A stretch of 63,680 bases of DNA, filler included, from Octopus bimaculoides (lineage: Eukaryota): NCBI RefSeq assembly GCF_001194135.2. It is 5 parts of 5 records of this genome, joined end to end, with 100 filler letters (N's around TTAATTAATTAA, not from the genome) between each part and the next. Parts side by side here need not be neighbours in the genome. Positions count along the whole stretch, not along the records: positions 16,751 to 39,181 come from NC_068984.1; positions 39,282 to 45,358 come from NC_068988.1; 3 more parts are not named here. One strand, written 5' to 3'. Under the pieces are notes generated by a model, which saw nothing but the letters and a program-made list of their open reading frames with translations, was not told the DNA's origin and searched no databases. Within the stretch, counting starts at the first letter, position 1, and every line of letters starts with the position of its first letter. This document shows, in pieces, positions 25,293-42,370 of this stretch. The position numbers were made by a program, and so were the translations under genes.

Positions 25293-26740
25293 AACGCACA
25301 CACACATACATATACATACATATACATACGTACACATATACAAACATACACATAAATATATAGAGCCATATCTTCATATCAAGATAAATATATACATCAT
25401 AACGTTTATATGCAAAAAAAATTTAAAAACTGTCCGGTGTATATAATATTAAAATGTAAAAATAAGGAAATTGCACATTAATTTGATATAACATAATTAA
25501 ATATGTGAGTAAACAATAAAAATACACCTCGGCGAAGCTTAAGCTTAAATTTGTAAAACAGTCGAACGCTTTCCTAAAAGTGAAGTCGAAATATGCACTA
25601 GCATTGCAATGCAAAATAACTATACCGTGTAAAGTCAAATTCAAATGCGGCAGCCAAAATTTTCCGAAAGTCAAAACATTTTACCCGTACGGTATTTTGT
25701 CGGTTGACATTTTAAACTTCCGGCGTGCCTGCAGGAATCTAAGAGCTCGCGTCTCTGGTTCAAAGCATTTTTATCCTGGAACAGGATGAAGAACTTTTCT
25801 TAGAGGCAAAGATTACATTTCATAGGTCTTTTATAAGCTACATGTCTGTATCCTGATGCTTTTTCTAGAATTTCCCAGGTTACATTGAAAGGACGGGTAT
25901 CATTCTCTTTCAGTTCCCAGACATGCTTTGCAAGACTAGTTGCTGTCCTGTTCTCGGGGTATCGGAAAGAATTTCAGTGGGAATAGAATCGAGTCTTGAA
26001 TGAATTTTCCGAAGCCACTGTGTATATTTTATATTCTTGTGAACCATCTACTTGCACTTTGGCTCTATAAACAATTCCTTTTTCAAGACATTTGCCTTCC
26101 AACGGTCAGCACGTCTTATCTTTGAAGTTGCAGTTCCTCAGATTAGATTCGGCACTGTAGTTGTCTGTAATAATTTTCGTGTTATGCTGGCTAATAAAAG
26201 AGGCAAAGTTTTTGCAACAAGAATAGCTAACCTTCAGTGTTCTCTTATTAAATATTCTATAGAACTTATGACTAGATTGAAAATGCTTAGAAATTAATTT
26301 TTTAAGAAATCCCTACCTATATTAGTTTTTACGGCAATATTAAATGCGGGGTTAAACCACAAAGCTTTCCTAGTTCTAGGTCTACGTGATATAATATTGC
26401 TAGAATTAACTTGACCATACTGGATCTTCTCCGAGAATCCACTTTTCCTTGTATTATTGTAATACGGCGCAGCATTTTGAAATGCTGTCTCATCTGAAGA
26501 AATAGATGATATTCCCCTTCCTACATTACTAACTAGGTTCTTAAGAATTACGGGTGGATGATTAGATTCTTTGCTAATATAACATAGCTTTTCATTGAGC
26601 TTACGGTAGAGTTTAAATTTATTTAATTGTAAATCTAAGTTGATAGCTAAAAAATACGTTATTACGGTTAATTTCTATCGTAATCCGTAAGCCCATTCTT
26701 TGAAGAAAGTAACCAGATTCTTCTTGGCCGTTTAAATTAT
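23690..26740 (-). mobile_element. Penelope-like retroelement 3' portion (RT thumb + GIY-YIG + long 3' region), decayed
   Basis: 26400-26740 gives KESNHPPVILKNL...ISSISSDETAFQNAAPYY. 25720-26110 gives PLEGKCL..GIVYRAKV..FKTRFYSH..SF..TSLAKHVWELKE..W.I and CNLCL.EKFFIL..LNQRREL..CRH. Spans an N gap. Confidence 0.8.
23701..23793 (-). ncRNA. Type I hammerhead ribozyme with canonical core, predicted dimer-active
   Basis: GCGG-CTGAAGA-T-AGCTTTA-(50 nt)-TAAAGCT-T-GAAAC-ACGT-GTA-CCGC. Stem I GCGG/CCGC, 7-bp stem II, palindrome ACACGTGT; cleavage predicted between 23705 and 23704. Confidence 0.75.
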
Positions 26741-26796
26741 GGGTGATTATCGAGTACCATTTTTCTCACTTTGCTTCGCATTTATGTGTTTGCTCT

Positions 26797-26831
<35 letters not shown>

Positions 26832-28109
26832 NNNNNNNNNNNNNNNNNNNNNNNNNNNNNNNNNNNNNNNNNNNNNNNNNNNNNNNNNNNNNNNNNNNNN
26901 NNNNNNNNNNNNNNNNNNNNNNNNNNNNNNNNNNNNNNNNNNNNNNNNNNNNNNNNNNNNNNNNNNNNNNNNNNNNNNNNNNNNNNNNNNNNNNNNNNNN
27001 NNNNNNNNNNNNNNNNNNNNNNNNNNNNNNNNNNNNNNNNNNNNNNNNNNNNNNNNNNNNNNNNNNNNNNNNNNNNNNNNNNNNNNNNNNNNNNNNNNNN
27101 NNNNNNNNNNNNNNNNNNNNNNNNNNNNNNNNNNNNNNNNNNNNNNNNNNNNNNNNNNNNNNNNNNNNNNNNNNNNNNNNNNNNNNNNNNNNNNNNNNNN
27201 NNNNNNNNNNNNNNNNNNNNNNNNNNNNNNNNNNNNNNNNNNNNNNNNNNNNNNNNNNNNNNNNNNNNNNNNNNNNNNNNNNNNNNNNNNNNNNNNNNNN
27301 NNNNNNNNNNNNNNNNNNNNNNNNNNNNNNNNNNNNNNNNNNNNNNNNNNNNNNNNNNNNNNNNNNNNNNNNNNNNNNNNNNNNNNNNNNNNNNNNNNNN
27401 NNNNNNNNNNNNNNNNNNNNNNNNNNNNNNNNNNNNNNNNNNNNNNNNNNNNNNNNNNNNNNNNNNNNNNNNNNNNNNNNNNNNNNNNNNNNNNNNNNNN
27501 NNNNNNNNNNNNNNNNNNNAGACACGCTCCTTCGCAAACGATCAGCTATTATTTTGTAAACAATGTTACAAAACTGTTCATGTTTTCGAAAGGGGAGATC
27601 TGACTCTCACATCTCTGCGGGAGAAGATAGGCCTCTCTATTCCTCTTACAAAACTTACGTCCGAGTGCCAAATTTGCCTCAATTGATGGTATTACTCAGG
27701 TAGGGAGTGGTGGTGGGACAGAGGCTGGGACAAGGGCGTACAAAAAACATGCATGCAATAGGTGTATGTACGTATATGTTTGTGTGTGTGTGTTGTCCAT
27801 ATATATGTACTTAGTTGTGATCTGAACATAACCGCTTCTGACACAGGGGATCGGGGGCCCTTTTGGACGTTCTATTTTCCTTGCTGGAAGGGTTCCCAAC
27901 CCATGGGCAAAGGGGGGTTACATGATGGGGGAGGTGTTTTCAAAAGGGCTGGTATATGCAACCTGATCATCTCTGCCAATCAAACTCCCAACCGATGCGC
28001 TCACGTCGCGACGCTGATTCTGCAGAACTGGATTGGGTATGAAAACCAACTTTAAAGTATAAATATAGATGTTTTTGAATCAGCAATGTTGTGTTCGGTT
28101 AAGTCCTAT

Positions 28110-28540
28110 TTGGGGTGAAAAATCAATAAACTAATTCCTTATGGGGTCTTCCATTTAATCAGGATTTTAAAAAATCGATAAACCGATTCCTTATAGGACT
28201 TCCTACTAAAATTGGCTACACCCCATTTTCAACCATAACTTTTACCAATTTTGATGTATTTTGTTCAAACTTGATGCCAGCATTACATAGGACTCATGGG
28301 ATCTTTGAATGCTTTAAGTTCTTCAAAACAAAGAAAAAAATAACGGCGGTGCATCAGCATGACCGCAGCTCTGAGCTAAAACTGCAGGAAAAAAAATCGA
28401 TGAGTGGAAAAAATCGATAGACCGATTCCTAATGGGATTTCCCAATCAAATTGTCTGCAACTCATTTTCAGCCAAAAGTTCACCAATTTCAACGGATTTT
28501 GCTCAAATTTGACGTCGATGTTACTTCGTTTGATTTGAAA
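28110..28540. repeat. Diverged internal repeats of a probable non-autonomous DNA element, with a SINE tail at 28345-28385
   Basis: AAAATC(G/A)ATA(A/G)AC(C/T)(G/A)ATTCCT at ~28119, 28171 and 28410; GGCGGTGCATCAGCATGACCGCAG resembles the SINE B tail. Confidence 0.45.
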
Positions 28541-28941
28541 TAAAGAGCTTCNNNNNNNNNNNNNNNNNNNNNNNNNNNNNNNNNNNNNNNNNNNNNNNNN
28601 NNNNNNNNNNNNNNNNNNNNNNNNNNNNNNNNNNNNNNNNNNNNNNNNNNNNNNNNNNNNNNNNNNNNNNNNNNNNNNNNNNNNNNNNNNNNNNNNNNNN
28701 NNNNNNNNNNNNNNNNNNNNNNNNNNNNNNNNNNNNNNNNNNNNNNNNNNNNNNNNNNNNNNNNNNNNNNNNNNNNNNNNNNNNNNNNNNNNNNNNNNNN
28801 NNNNNNNNNNNNNNNNNNNNNNNNNNNNNNNNNNNNNNNNNNNNNNNNNNNATATATATAATTGTTAAACAGGACAGCAAACATTAAGGCAAGGCGAACA
28901 TCTCAAGTCGTATACAATATTATTATAGGAAGAAATTCAAA

Positions 28942-28997
28942 ATTTTACACCTGCTTCTGGGATATCTCTGAGTATGAGATATACCGTCATCAGAGAC
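28942..28997 (-). ncRNA. Degenerate type I hammerhead motif in an inverted Penelope-like end
   Basis: GTCT-CTGATGA-CGGT-ATATCTC-atactca-GAGATAT-CCCA-GAAGC-AGGT-GTA-AAAT; homologous to 22929-22976 with substitutions in GAAAC, the palindrome and stem I. Confidence 0.5.
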
Positions 28998-29109
28998 AAA
29001 TAGGGGGGGGATAGGGAAAATGAGAATCGTATATACTAATAAGATGACGACATAGAGGAAGGGAATAATAGAATAAGGAGATGAAAAGAAAGAAGAAAAG
29101 AGAAGCATA

Positions 29110-30130
29110 TCCGGGACAGATTGCCCGTTGCAAGCCCAATGCAGAAGATTCAACGTCGTATACCGAAGCACCGTTCACATGGTAAATAACTCCTGTGGCT
29201 ACTGCATTGGTTCTAGGACCAAATTTTAAACAAAGGTATTATGCACATTTAAACTCGTTTAAATATGATAAGAATAGTAATTCTACATCACTAGCCAGCC
29301 ATGTACACCATCTAATTAATAGAAAAATACAGTATAAACTGTCCTGGGCTATAATAGACTCGGGTACCCCATATCAGGGTCAATACTCCAGTTGTGGACT
29401 TTGCTTAAAAGAATCTCTCAAAATTTTAACCTACAACTCACCACAATTGCTTAATAAATACAACGAGGCCTTCACTATGTGTAAGCACAAATTCTTCCGC
29501 ACTTTTAAATTCTTTTATAAATTTAAATGTAAGCTCAGCCCCCACATACAAACCCCTATGATTATTAACACATACCCCTTCTATATCTCTATAACTACCT
29601 TATGTCTTTCGTAATTTCTATCTAACTTACCTTATCATACAATGAGATAAATATTAATTCTTTAATTTATTCTTAATTTGTTTTTAAACTTTAACCCAAT
29701 AAATTCTCTAATATAGACCCCTTAACTCTAACTCCCACTCATAAATAATTTAACATTCAACTAGCTCTTCCTTTCTCGACTACCTACATACCCATAGCTC
29801 CATTGCTAAAAATAACTCTACAACCACTGACCTTAGTCAGAATGGACACAATTACTACTAAATGTCCTCCCCCAACAACTTTAGACTTTAAGACTACCAG
29901 ATATCTACTACTCTCTTTAAATTCCTTTCATTTTGTTCTATCTTCCTCTACATTCTCATCTTCTCTCTTATATTCTTGGCTGCCCCGTACACAATTCCTA
30001 GACACCATGCACCTATGCACCTTACTTTATCCTATAGCCAAACCTTAAAATCCCCTCCCCACCTCACTCTACCTACCTTTCTTTCTATTTCTTTTCTTTA
30101 CTTTCACCACTTAATAGCCACCTCCGCTAC
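29110..30130 (+). mobile_element. Penelope-like element fragment: GIY-YIG endonuclease remnant (29110-29520) plus 3' non-coding region
   Basis: DCPLQAQCRRFNVVYRSTV..GYCIG, a frameshift, then NFKQRYYAHLNSF..STSLASHV..W.II..CGLCLKE..LLNKYNE..CKH. Confidence 0.8.
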
Positions 30131-30629
30131 CATTCTGCTATTGAACGTTGATATGTTCGCGTCTTTTTTCTTGAGATGTTATAACACCCGGAACTTTGAG
30201 TGAGTCATCTCCATCACGTCAAATCGCACCCTACCGGTGAACAAGCAACGCATATACAGTGAATATGTGTTCGATAATATTTACAATACTAGTGCTGCTT
30301 CTGATTCATATTTTGAATTTCTTGCTACGTAGTCATCGTCGGAGCATGCCTGCAAGTGGTATTTACACTGTTATGGACAGGTTATTCACTTCGCCTCCAA
30401 TTCCATTCAGGCACGTGATATTGATAAACCACAAAAATAGCGAAACCTCAATGTACATGGCTCCTGGATAGGATTTGTAGTGAGTTGTCTCACCTCTTTA
30501 TAACATTCATGTGTTTTAACACCCGGCGCTTTGACAGAGTCGTCTCCACCACATCAGACCGCAGCCTACCGGTGAACAAGCGGTATGCGTACATTGTGTT
30601 TGATGATCTACATACATACATACATAAGT

Positions 30630-30710
<81 letters not shown>

Positions 30711-30725
30711 TGTGTGTGTGTGTGT
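30630..30725. repeat. (TG)n microsatellite
   Basis: Direct reading. Confidence 0.95.
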
Positions 30726-30972
30726 ATACATATATGCATAAAATTAATATAAGCAGTGTATATGTTTACATCTATGAGCATTGACTACGGCATTAGAGCA
30801 TATTAGCTCTTATTTCTAGCAATGTGTTTCTAACACCCTAGTCACAATTCCTACTGTTTATATTAATTTTATGTATACACATTAGCGAATCGCTAATCAT
30901 CCATTGATTTAAATGACGAAAACATATATACTAATATAAAAGCGAGCTCGGAAAGGGTCGAAATTCGAGCCA

Positions 30973-31025
30973 GTCCTTATTGATGAGGCAACAGAAATTG
31001 CCGAATCTGACGTCAGTATTACGAT
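30973..31025 (+). ncRNA. Degenerate type I hammerhead motif
   Basis: GTCCTTA-TTGATGA-GGCAA-cagaaa-TTGCC-GAATC-TGACGTCA-GTA-TTACGAT. Perfect 5-bp stem II, palindrome CTGACGTCAG, two core substitutions, stem I 5 of 7 paired. Confidence 0.5.
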
Positions 31026-31427
31026 GGATTCCGCCCAGTTTCCATCTGTATCTATCTTCCTGCCTTCCTTATTTCTCTCTATACGTTCATTGTTCTTTAT
31101 GCAATTTGACTGGTATATAGGGATTTTAAAATTCCTGTTTTGTGGAGGTAGAGCTTGTTTGGTGTTTTTAAAATTCTGTTCTAGATATATGCCAATGGGA
31201 ACAAAAATATAATATATTTTAATCTTAAAAAAAGATAGAGGAAAGGGTTCTTTCAGTTTGCTTTCAATGAAGTATACTTTTATGTGTGCGTGTACGTTTG
31301 TGTAGTTATATTAGAAAATTTCATGTGGGGACTTAAGTTGGGGATAGGGAGACTTTTAAATAATTTCTAAAGTGCTTGTTTTGTGTAAAAGTGTAAAGCT
31401 AAAAGACTGAATTTTTGAAATTTTATA

Positions 31428-32012
31428 CGAGACTACCCGTAACCCGTTGGGTCACCAGTAGTTCAAGATATCCAAAAAAACCGCGTATCTTGGGAACCTG
31501 TGGTCCGATTCACGCAAAACTTGTTTTATTCCGTTTGTATTCACGTTTCAATGGTACCTTACTTCCAAAGCATTTTCCCCATTATACACCGGTTTGGCTA
31601 TTTATAAAGGTACCCGAAAAAACCTCGTATCTCGGGAATCCGTGGTCCGATTTACGCTAAACTTGTCTTATTCCGTTTGTATTCCAATTTCAGAGACACC
31701 TTACTTTCAGAGTATCTTCCCATTATGCGCTGGTTTGGCTATATTAAATTACAGACAAGCACGGACGCAAGTAAGCACGCAAACAAAACTATCCAGGTGT
31801 TCACAGTAAAGGGCAATAACTCCAGGTTTCACTGATTAAATTTGTGGAAACAAACCCTAAAAACTGCGTATCTCAGGAATCCGTCATCAGTATTCGCATT
31901 TCAGGGATACCTTACTTTCAGAATATTTTCCCATTATGCGCTGGTTTGGCTGTATTAAATTACGGACAAGCACGCAAGCAAGCAAACACAGGGTTTTAGT
32001 AGTATACAGATT
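31428..32012 (-). mobile_element. Helitron-like non-autonomous element with internal ~142-bp repeats
   Basis: On minus it starts ATCTGTATACTACTAAAA plus a (CTTG)-like repeat and ends with hairpin ACCCAACGGGT and CTCGT (CTAG-like). CGTATCT..GGA units at 31484, 31626 and 31867. Confidence 0.5.
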
Positions 32013-32638
32013 ATGGGGATGGTTTATGGTTATGGGGATGGTTTATGGTTTATGGGGATGGAGGGGAGTTGATGAGAAATTGACAAGTTTAGCTGTTAGA
32101 AAAATTTATTGGTTCGTAGTCTTTTAGTAATCCCAACCTTACACATGAAAACAAGAAATACTCTAAGTAAGAACAAGACAATACCAGCCTACCTACATTC
32201 TTTTGTGAGAAAAATGTTAACAGACCCAATTACTTAAGTACTGGATTTTGTACCTTTTACCTGTATACTGTCAAAGCAAAAGGATTAAATCAACCAAAAG
32301 CAACAAAAATGTTGTCACATCTCCTGCCTACCTAACAAAAGAGGAACACCTATAGGCTTGTTTACAAACTTCTACATGCATAAATAAATTCTAAACAATA
32401 ACATAACCCCAAATATAATCAAAAAACGTTTTTTCAAAATACTTTTCCATAAAAACCTAATTTTCACCACACTCAAACCAAAGATGATTTTTAACTCAAC
32501 AGAGACTATATAAAGGCAATGCTAACTCCAATGAAGTTGAAGATACGCAAGATGTCGAAGTATCGTTCACTAGATAACAATGGCACTCTTCTTTTAATTT
32601 TGACTCTATATCAGGAGGAGTTACCTCAATCCTTTCTA

Positions 32639-32698
<60 letters not shown>

Positions 32699-33264
32699 NN
32701 NNNNNNNNNNNNNNNNNNNNNNNNNNNNNNNNNNNNNNNNNNNNNNNNNNNNNNNNNNNNNNNNNNNNNNNNNNNNNNNNNNNNNNNNNNNNNNNNNNNN
32801 NNNNNNNNNNNNNNNNNNNNNNNNNNNNNNNNNNNNNNNNNNNNNNNNNNNNNNNNNNNNNNNNNNNNNNNNNNNNNNNNNNNNNNNNNNNNNNNNNNNN
32901 NNNNNNNNNNNNNNNNNNNNNNNNNNNNNNNNNNNNNNNNNNNNNNNNNNNNNNNNNNNNNNNNNNNNNNNNNNNNNNNNNNNNNNNNNNNNNNNNNNNN
33001 NNNNNNNNNNNNNNNNNNNNNNNNNNNNNNNNNNNNNNNNNNNNNNNNNNNNNNNNNNNNNNNNNNNNNNNNNNNNNNNNNNNNNNNNNNNNNNNNNNNN
33101 NNNNNNNNNNNNNNNNNNNNNNNNNNNNNNNNNNNNNNNNNNNNNNNNNNNNNNNNNNNNNNNNNNNNNNNNNNNNNNNNNNNNNNNNNNNNNNNNNNNN
33201 NNNNNNNNNNNNNNNNNNNNNNNNNNNNNNNNNNNNNNNNNNNNNNNNNNNNNNNNNNNNNNNN

Positions 33265-34005
33265 GTCTGTGAATATATTCCTTCTTAGCCAGGACTGGGC
33301 AGCCAGAGATAATATGATTTATTGTTTCTTGTCCATCGCCACATATTCTGCAGTTACTTGTTATGTTTCTTTTCATTATATGTTTTTGGTAATTTCTGGT
33401 GGGGAGGCTTATGTCTTGTGCAGCAATTAAAAATCTTTCAGTCCTGCTTTGAGTCCTGAGCTTCTCAACCATTGCTGGGATTTTTCTCTGTCTCTTTCTT
33501 TTGCATTTAGTTTAGCCCAGTATTTACCATGTAGGGGCTTTTCTTGCCATCGTTTTATCATGGTCCGTTGTTGTTCTAGTTTTAGTTTGGATTTCATTTG
33601 TTTTATAGCTTTTGTTGTTTCTTCTTCTTCTTCGTATTTATTAGGTAGTATGATTTCTTGTTTGTATTTGTCAGCTTCCTTAAATACTGAAAACAATTTT
33701 TTGTTTTGTTCGTGTTTTGTGGCTATTTGTATAGGGACGGCTAAAGTGTTAATACCTATTATCTTGTTTTTAGCATTGAGCTCTGTTTTTAGTATTGATC
33801 TAACTCGTCTATAGTATTCTTTCTTTATTTTCTCTTTCATTTGTGTGTGTCGTATCCAATCTAGTTCATTGATTCCTAAATATTTGTATGGCTGGCTTTC
33901 GTCTTGTTCTCTTATTTCATTGGCTTTATCTAGTGCGATGTTGCTACTCTTAACTAGTTTTCCTCTTTTCAGGGTTGCTTTGGCACATTTTTCTAATCCA
34001 AATTT
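33265..34005 (-). mobile_element. R4/Dong-clade LINE fragment C (5' truncated, internally deleted; 3' part in gap)
   Basis: MKFGLEKCAK..YKYLGI..KEYYRRVRSILKTELNAKNK..PLHGKY; IAAQD..CRICGDGQETINHIISGCP. (TAA)n on both sides (32640-32698, 34010-34097). Confidence 0.85.
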
Positions 34006-34024
34006 CATATTATTATTATTATTA

Positions 34025-38678
<4,654 letters not shown>

Positions 38679-39281
38679 AAACGCTGATTTCAAAAATGAT
38701 AAAAGTGAAGACTACAAGTAATATGGGTGGCTTATTAGCAATTTAACAACCTAAAGGCAAATTTATAGACGTCACTAACGTGACAGAGTGTGCTAGGTGG
38801 TACCAACATTGCTAGAAATAATATTCAAAACAACTTATTCCTAGCAATGATGGTACTACTTTGAACCCTCTGTCACATTACACACACACACACGCACACG
38901 CACGCACACACACACACACATACATACATACATATATATATGTCTATATATAGAGAGAGAGGGGGGAGGGAGAGAGAGGGAGAGAGGGGAGAGAGGGGGA
39001 GAGAGAGGGAGAGAGAGAGAGAGAAAGAAAGAAAATAGTGAATTTATTACAAAGGGTAATACAGATTTATATCCTGTTTTATTCAGCATTTTTATTTCAG
39101 TGAGACTTCTATTTAATTTAAATTCTATCTGAAAAATGCTGTTGAATCCACCCTGGAGAAGTTGCAAGTAACAATAATTGCNNNNNNNNNNNNNNNNNNN
39201 NNNNNNNNNNNNNNNNNNNNNNNNNTTAATTAATTAANNNNNNNNNNNNNNNNNNNNNNNNNNNNNNNNNNNNNNNNNNNN

Positions 39282-39313
<32 letters not shown>

Positions 39314-39748
39314 AGTGTATACGTATACTTATTTACATATATCGTTGCTATGATGTTAAACTGTCGCCTGCAATAACCGGTTCTTTTGTTGAAACTATAA
39401 AAATTCTCGAAGTGTAGTACAGCAGTTTAACACTCTTGAAAAGTATAATAAGCGTCACATACAATAGTTTTGCAAAAGTATTTCTGACTGAAAATATTAT
39501 ACGTATATGGACTTAAGATTTTATGCACCCAACAAAGTATTATTATTATCAAGGCGGAACTGTTGCAAAAGTAAAACGAAATAGAGTGGTGAAACTATTT
39601 TTTTCGTTTTCAGAAAAAAACAAGTTTAGGACTTATGACATCTTTGCATAATAGCAACCGTATATTAAGATGTGTGTATATGCGTGTATATATGCATACA
39701 TTGCGTGTTCGTGTGTGTTTTTGTATACACACACATACGTGCACAAGC

Positions 39749-39749
<1 letters not shown>

Positions 39750-39793
<44 letters not shown>

Positions 39794-39815
39794 TATATAT
39801 AGATAGATAGATAGA
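39750..39815. repeat. (GATA)n microsatellite
   Basis: Direct reading. Confidence 0.95.
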
Positions 39816-40562
39816 TATGCATACACTCCTGTATATACAGAAACACAAACACTCACACAAATGAATAAACATAATGTATGCATGTAAGTCTTATATATCT
39901 GTCGATGATGTTTGCAGAAATATATTTCAATTGGTTAAACGTATTTACTATAATAAAATGTCATTTCATGCAGAAATGAAACAAGTACAGATTTGTCATT
40001 TATTTTGTTTTTGTCTATAAACTAAGCATGAATATTTTAATAAGCATTATCTGCTTCACTTGTTTTGCAATATCAATGGTATCCATTCCTATCGGTACAA
40101 AGTCGTCAATGAATTATTTTATTTAATATTGCAGCAAATATATATACGTGTGTATTTGTTTGCGTGTATGTGTTTGTGTGCGCTTGCTTGTGTATTTTTC
40201 TGTGCGTATACTTGAAAAAAATATGTTAGGAAAGGTTAAATATGTTTCAGATTTTACAGCAAATAGCTTTTCGCAAATGTCATTCTAACCTCTAAAGGAA
40301 CTGTATTTAGCGTAAAAGTTCGTATAATAGATTAGTAATACCATATTGAATAAATGTTAAAAAACAATGGAATTTGAGCGAGACACATTCAGAGAAATGT
40401 TTTTTTAGATTTTTTTGCAGTAACAGAATAAAGAACAAGTACGAAATGTATTATTTCTTAATATTTTAAATTAGATGTATTTTGTAAACAATGATGAGAA
40501 ATAAACATTACATTAATCATGGCACTTCTCTCTCCCCCTCTCCCCTCTCTATCTGTGCATGC

Positions 40563-40619
<57 letters not shown>

Positions 40620-40626
<7 letters not shown>

Positions 40627-41000
40627 TGCATATTAAAACTGAAAATGTGTGTGTGTGTGTGTGTGTGTGTGTCGCCATGTCCTCGTTTTCCACCAACACG
40701 GCTGCCCAGAATTTTCTTAAACTTCACACGCACATTGCTTTTGTGTCTGGGGAGGTTTTAAGTATAAGCTGATTTCGGAAAAATGTTCGGGTAAACGGTG
40801 GAAGGAATAATATTTGGGCGTAAGTGAACACTGGGAGTAAAATTTTTAAGCTTCCAAGGGAAATAACCCGTTCCCTCCGGTAAATATCCACCAAGTAACA
40901 TAACCCATTTATTTTCAGTATGCCTATTTCTTAGGAGTTGAACTATTTTAGTTATTTTCTTAATGTATCCAATGCAACGCTTAAGCAAGTATATAGTATT
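40620..41000 (+). mobile_element. Helitron-like non-autonomous element
   Basis: ATC..TATTAAAACTGAAAAT start, (GT)n, CACGGCTG..AATTTTC..AAACTT, and a 3' GCAACGC..ATAGT end resembling the GCAACG..CTAGT terminus. Confidence 0.4.
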
Positions 41001-42021
41001 ATCCTAAAAAATTAATCCACTTATTTCGGTTAGTGGACTTATTCACGAATATACCAACACAAGCGCTACAGAGGGTAATGTTCACTGGGAACGCACAAAG
41101 GATTTTTTCATAGTTAATTACTTTGAATTGTTATTATCTCATATATGATTAGCCTGTTATTATGTAATATGTTTCACGATCGATTTTAGTATACATACCA
41201 TAGTATTATTTCCTTCTAAAATTTATATACTCTGGGGACGTAGTAAAACCGTTTTCGCGGCTACTTATTTGAATTCTTACTATATGGTAATTAATTTCAT
41301 GATATTACATAACTGACTTCAGAATTTGGGTATTCATAACTTATTGGGAATTCCTTAAAACAAGATCCTGTGCATGTCCACAGTTACAAGCCTGAGACAA
41401 GTAAAACAAGCTTAAATAGAAAGATAATACCTTCGTACAACCAAGTTTTTAGTTTGTGTCTTATTTTCATGAACCTAAGTTTAAAATTATATTTAATTCA
41501 TGGTTTTAAAAGTGTTATCGATTTATATACGCATAGTTATATTCCACTGCAATCAGGAAAATATTGAAGTTGCTTTAATCAATATTTCTGTCGCCCTGTA
41601 ATATTCAATGTTTCCATTCGAACATATTCTGTTTACTCTTTTACTAATTTTACAGTTAAATTTAGATTGTCTTCACTTAACATGGAACTATTTCCGATAT
41701 CGTGATATTTGTATTAAAAAAATACTATATATATTACAGGATATAGATATGTGCACGTTTAAACGTTTTCATGTGTATGCGTGCGTCCATCTAATTCTAT
41801 ATTTGTGTCTGTTATATATATATATATATGTATATTTATTATATGAATATTAGGGGTGTGTAAAGGTGTCACTTTGTAAGTTTTTTCTAAATATATCAAG
41901 CGCCTGTCCTTCAGTACATCAATGAAATCATATCTTTTGTTTATGGATACTTCCAGGTATCTCCACCCCATACTCGGCATGTGTAACTAGCGTCGTTTTC
42001 AGTATATCATGAAAAGAGGAA

Positions 42022-42034
<13 letters not shown>

Positions 42035-42086
<52 letters not shown>

Positions 42087-42199
42087 NNNNNNNNNNNNNN
42101 NNNNNNNNNNNNNNNNTAATGTATTAACATATTAATATTATTCTTATTATTCTTCTTCTTCTTCTTCTTCTTCTTCTTCTTCTTCTTCTTCTTCTTCTT

Positions 42200-42230
<31 letters not shown>

Positions 42231-42250
42231 TTATTATTATTATTATCATT

Positions 42251-42291
<41 letters not shown>

Positions 42292-42311
42292 ATCATCATC
42301 ATCATCATCAG

Positions 42312-42350
<39 letters not shown>

Positions 42351-42370
42351 AACAATAATAATAATGATAA
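42035..42370. repeat. (CA)n, then compound in-register (TTC)n-(TTA)n-(TCA)n-(TTA)n-(AAT)n microsatellite
   Basis: Direct reading; includes a short gap. Confidence 0.95.

Noticed and set aside
31428-32012. Spaced repeats as a CRISPR-like array
   Set aside because: Eukaryotic context; the units are long diverged tandem copies without unique spacers, and there are no cas genes.
32150-32520. Possible Penelope-like N-terminal remnant (ILNNNITPNIIK)
   Set aside because: Similarity is too short and stop-ridden to support.
41759-41980. 73-aa ORF with DFIDVL, either an exon or an RT remnant
   Set aside because: Weak splice sites and only a 4-residue motif resemblance.
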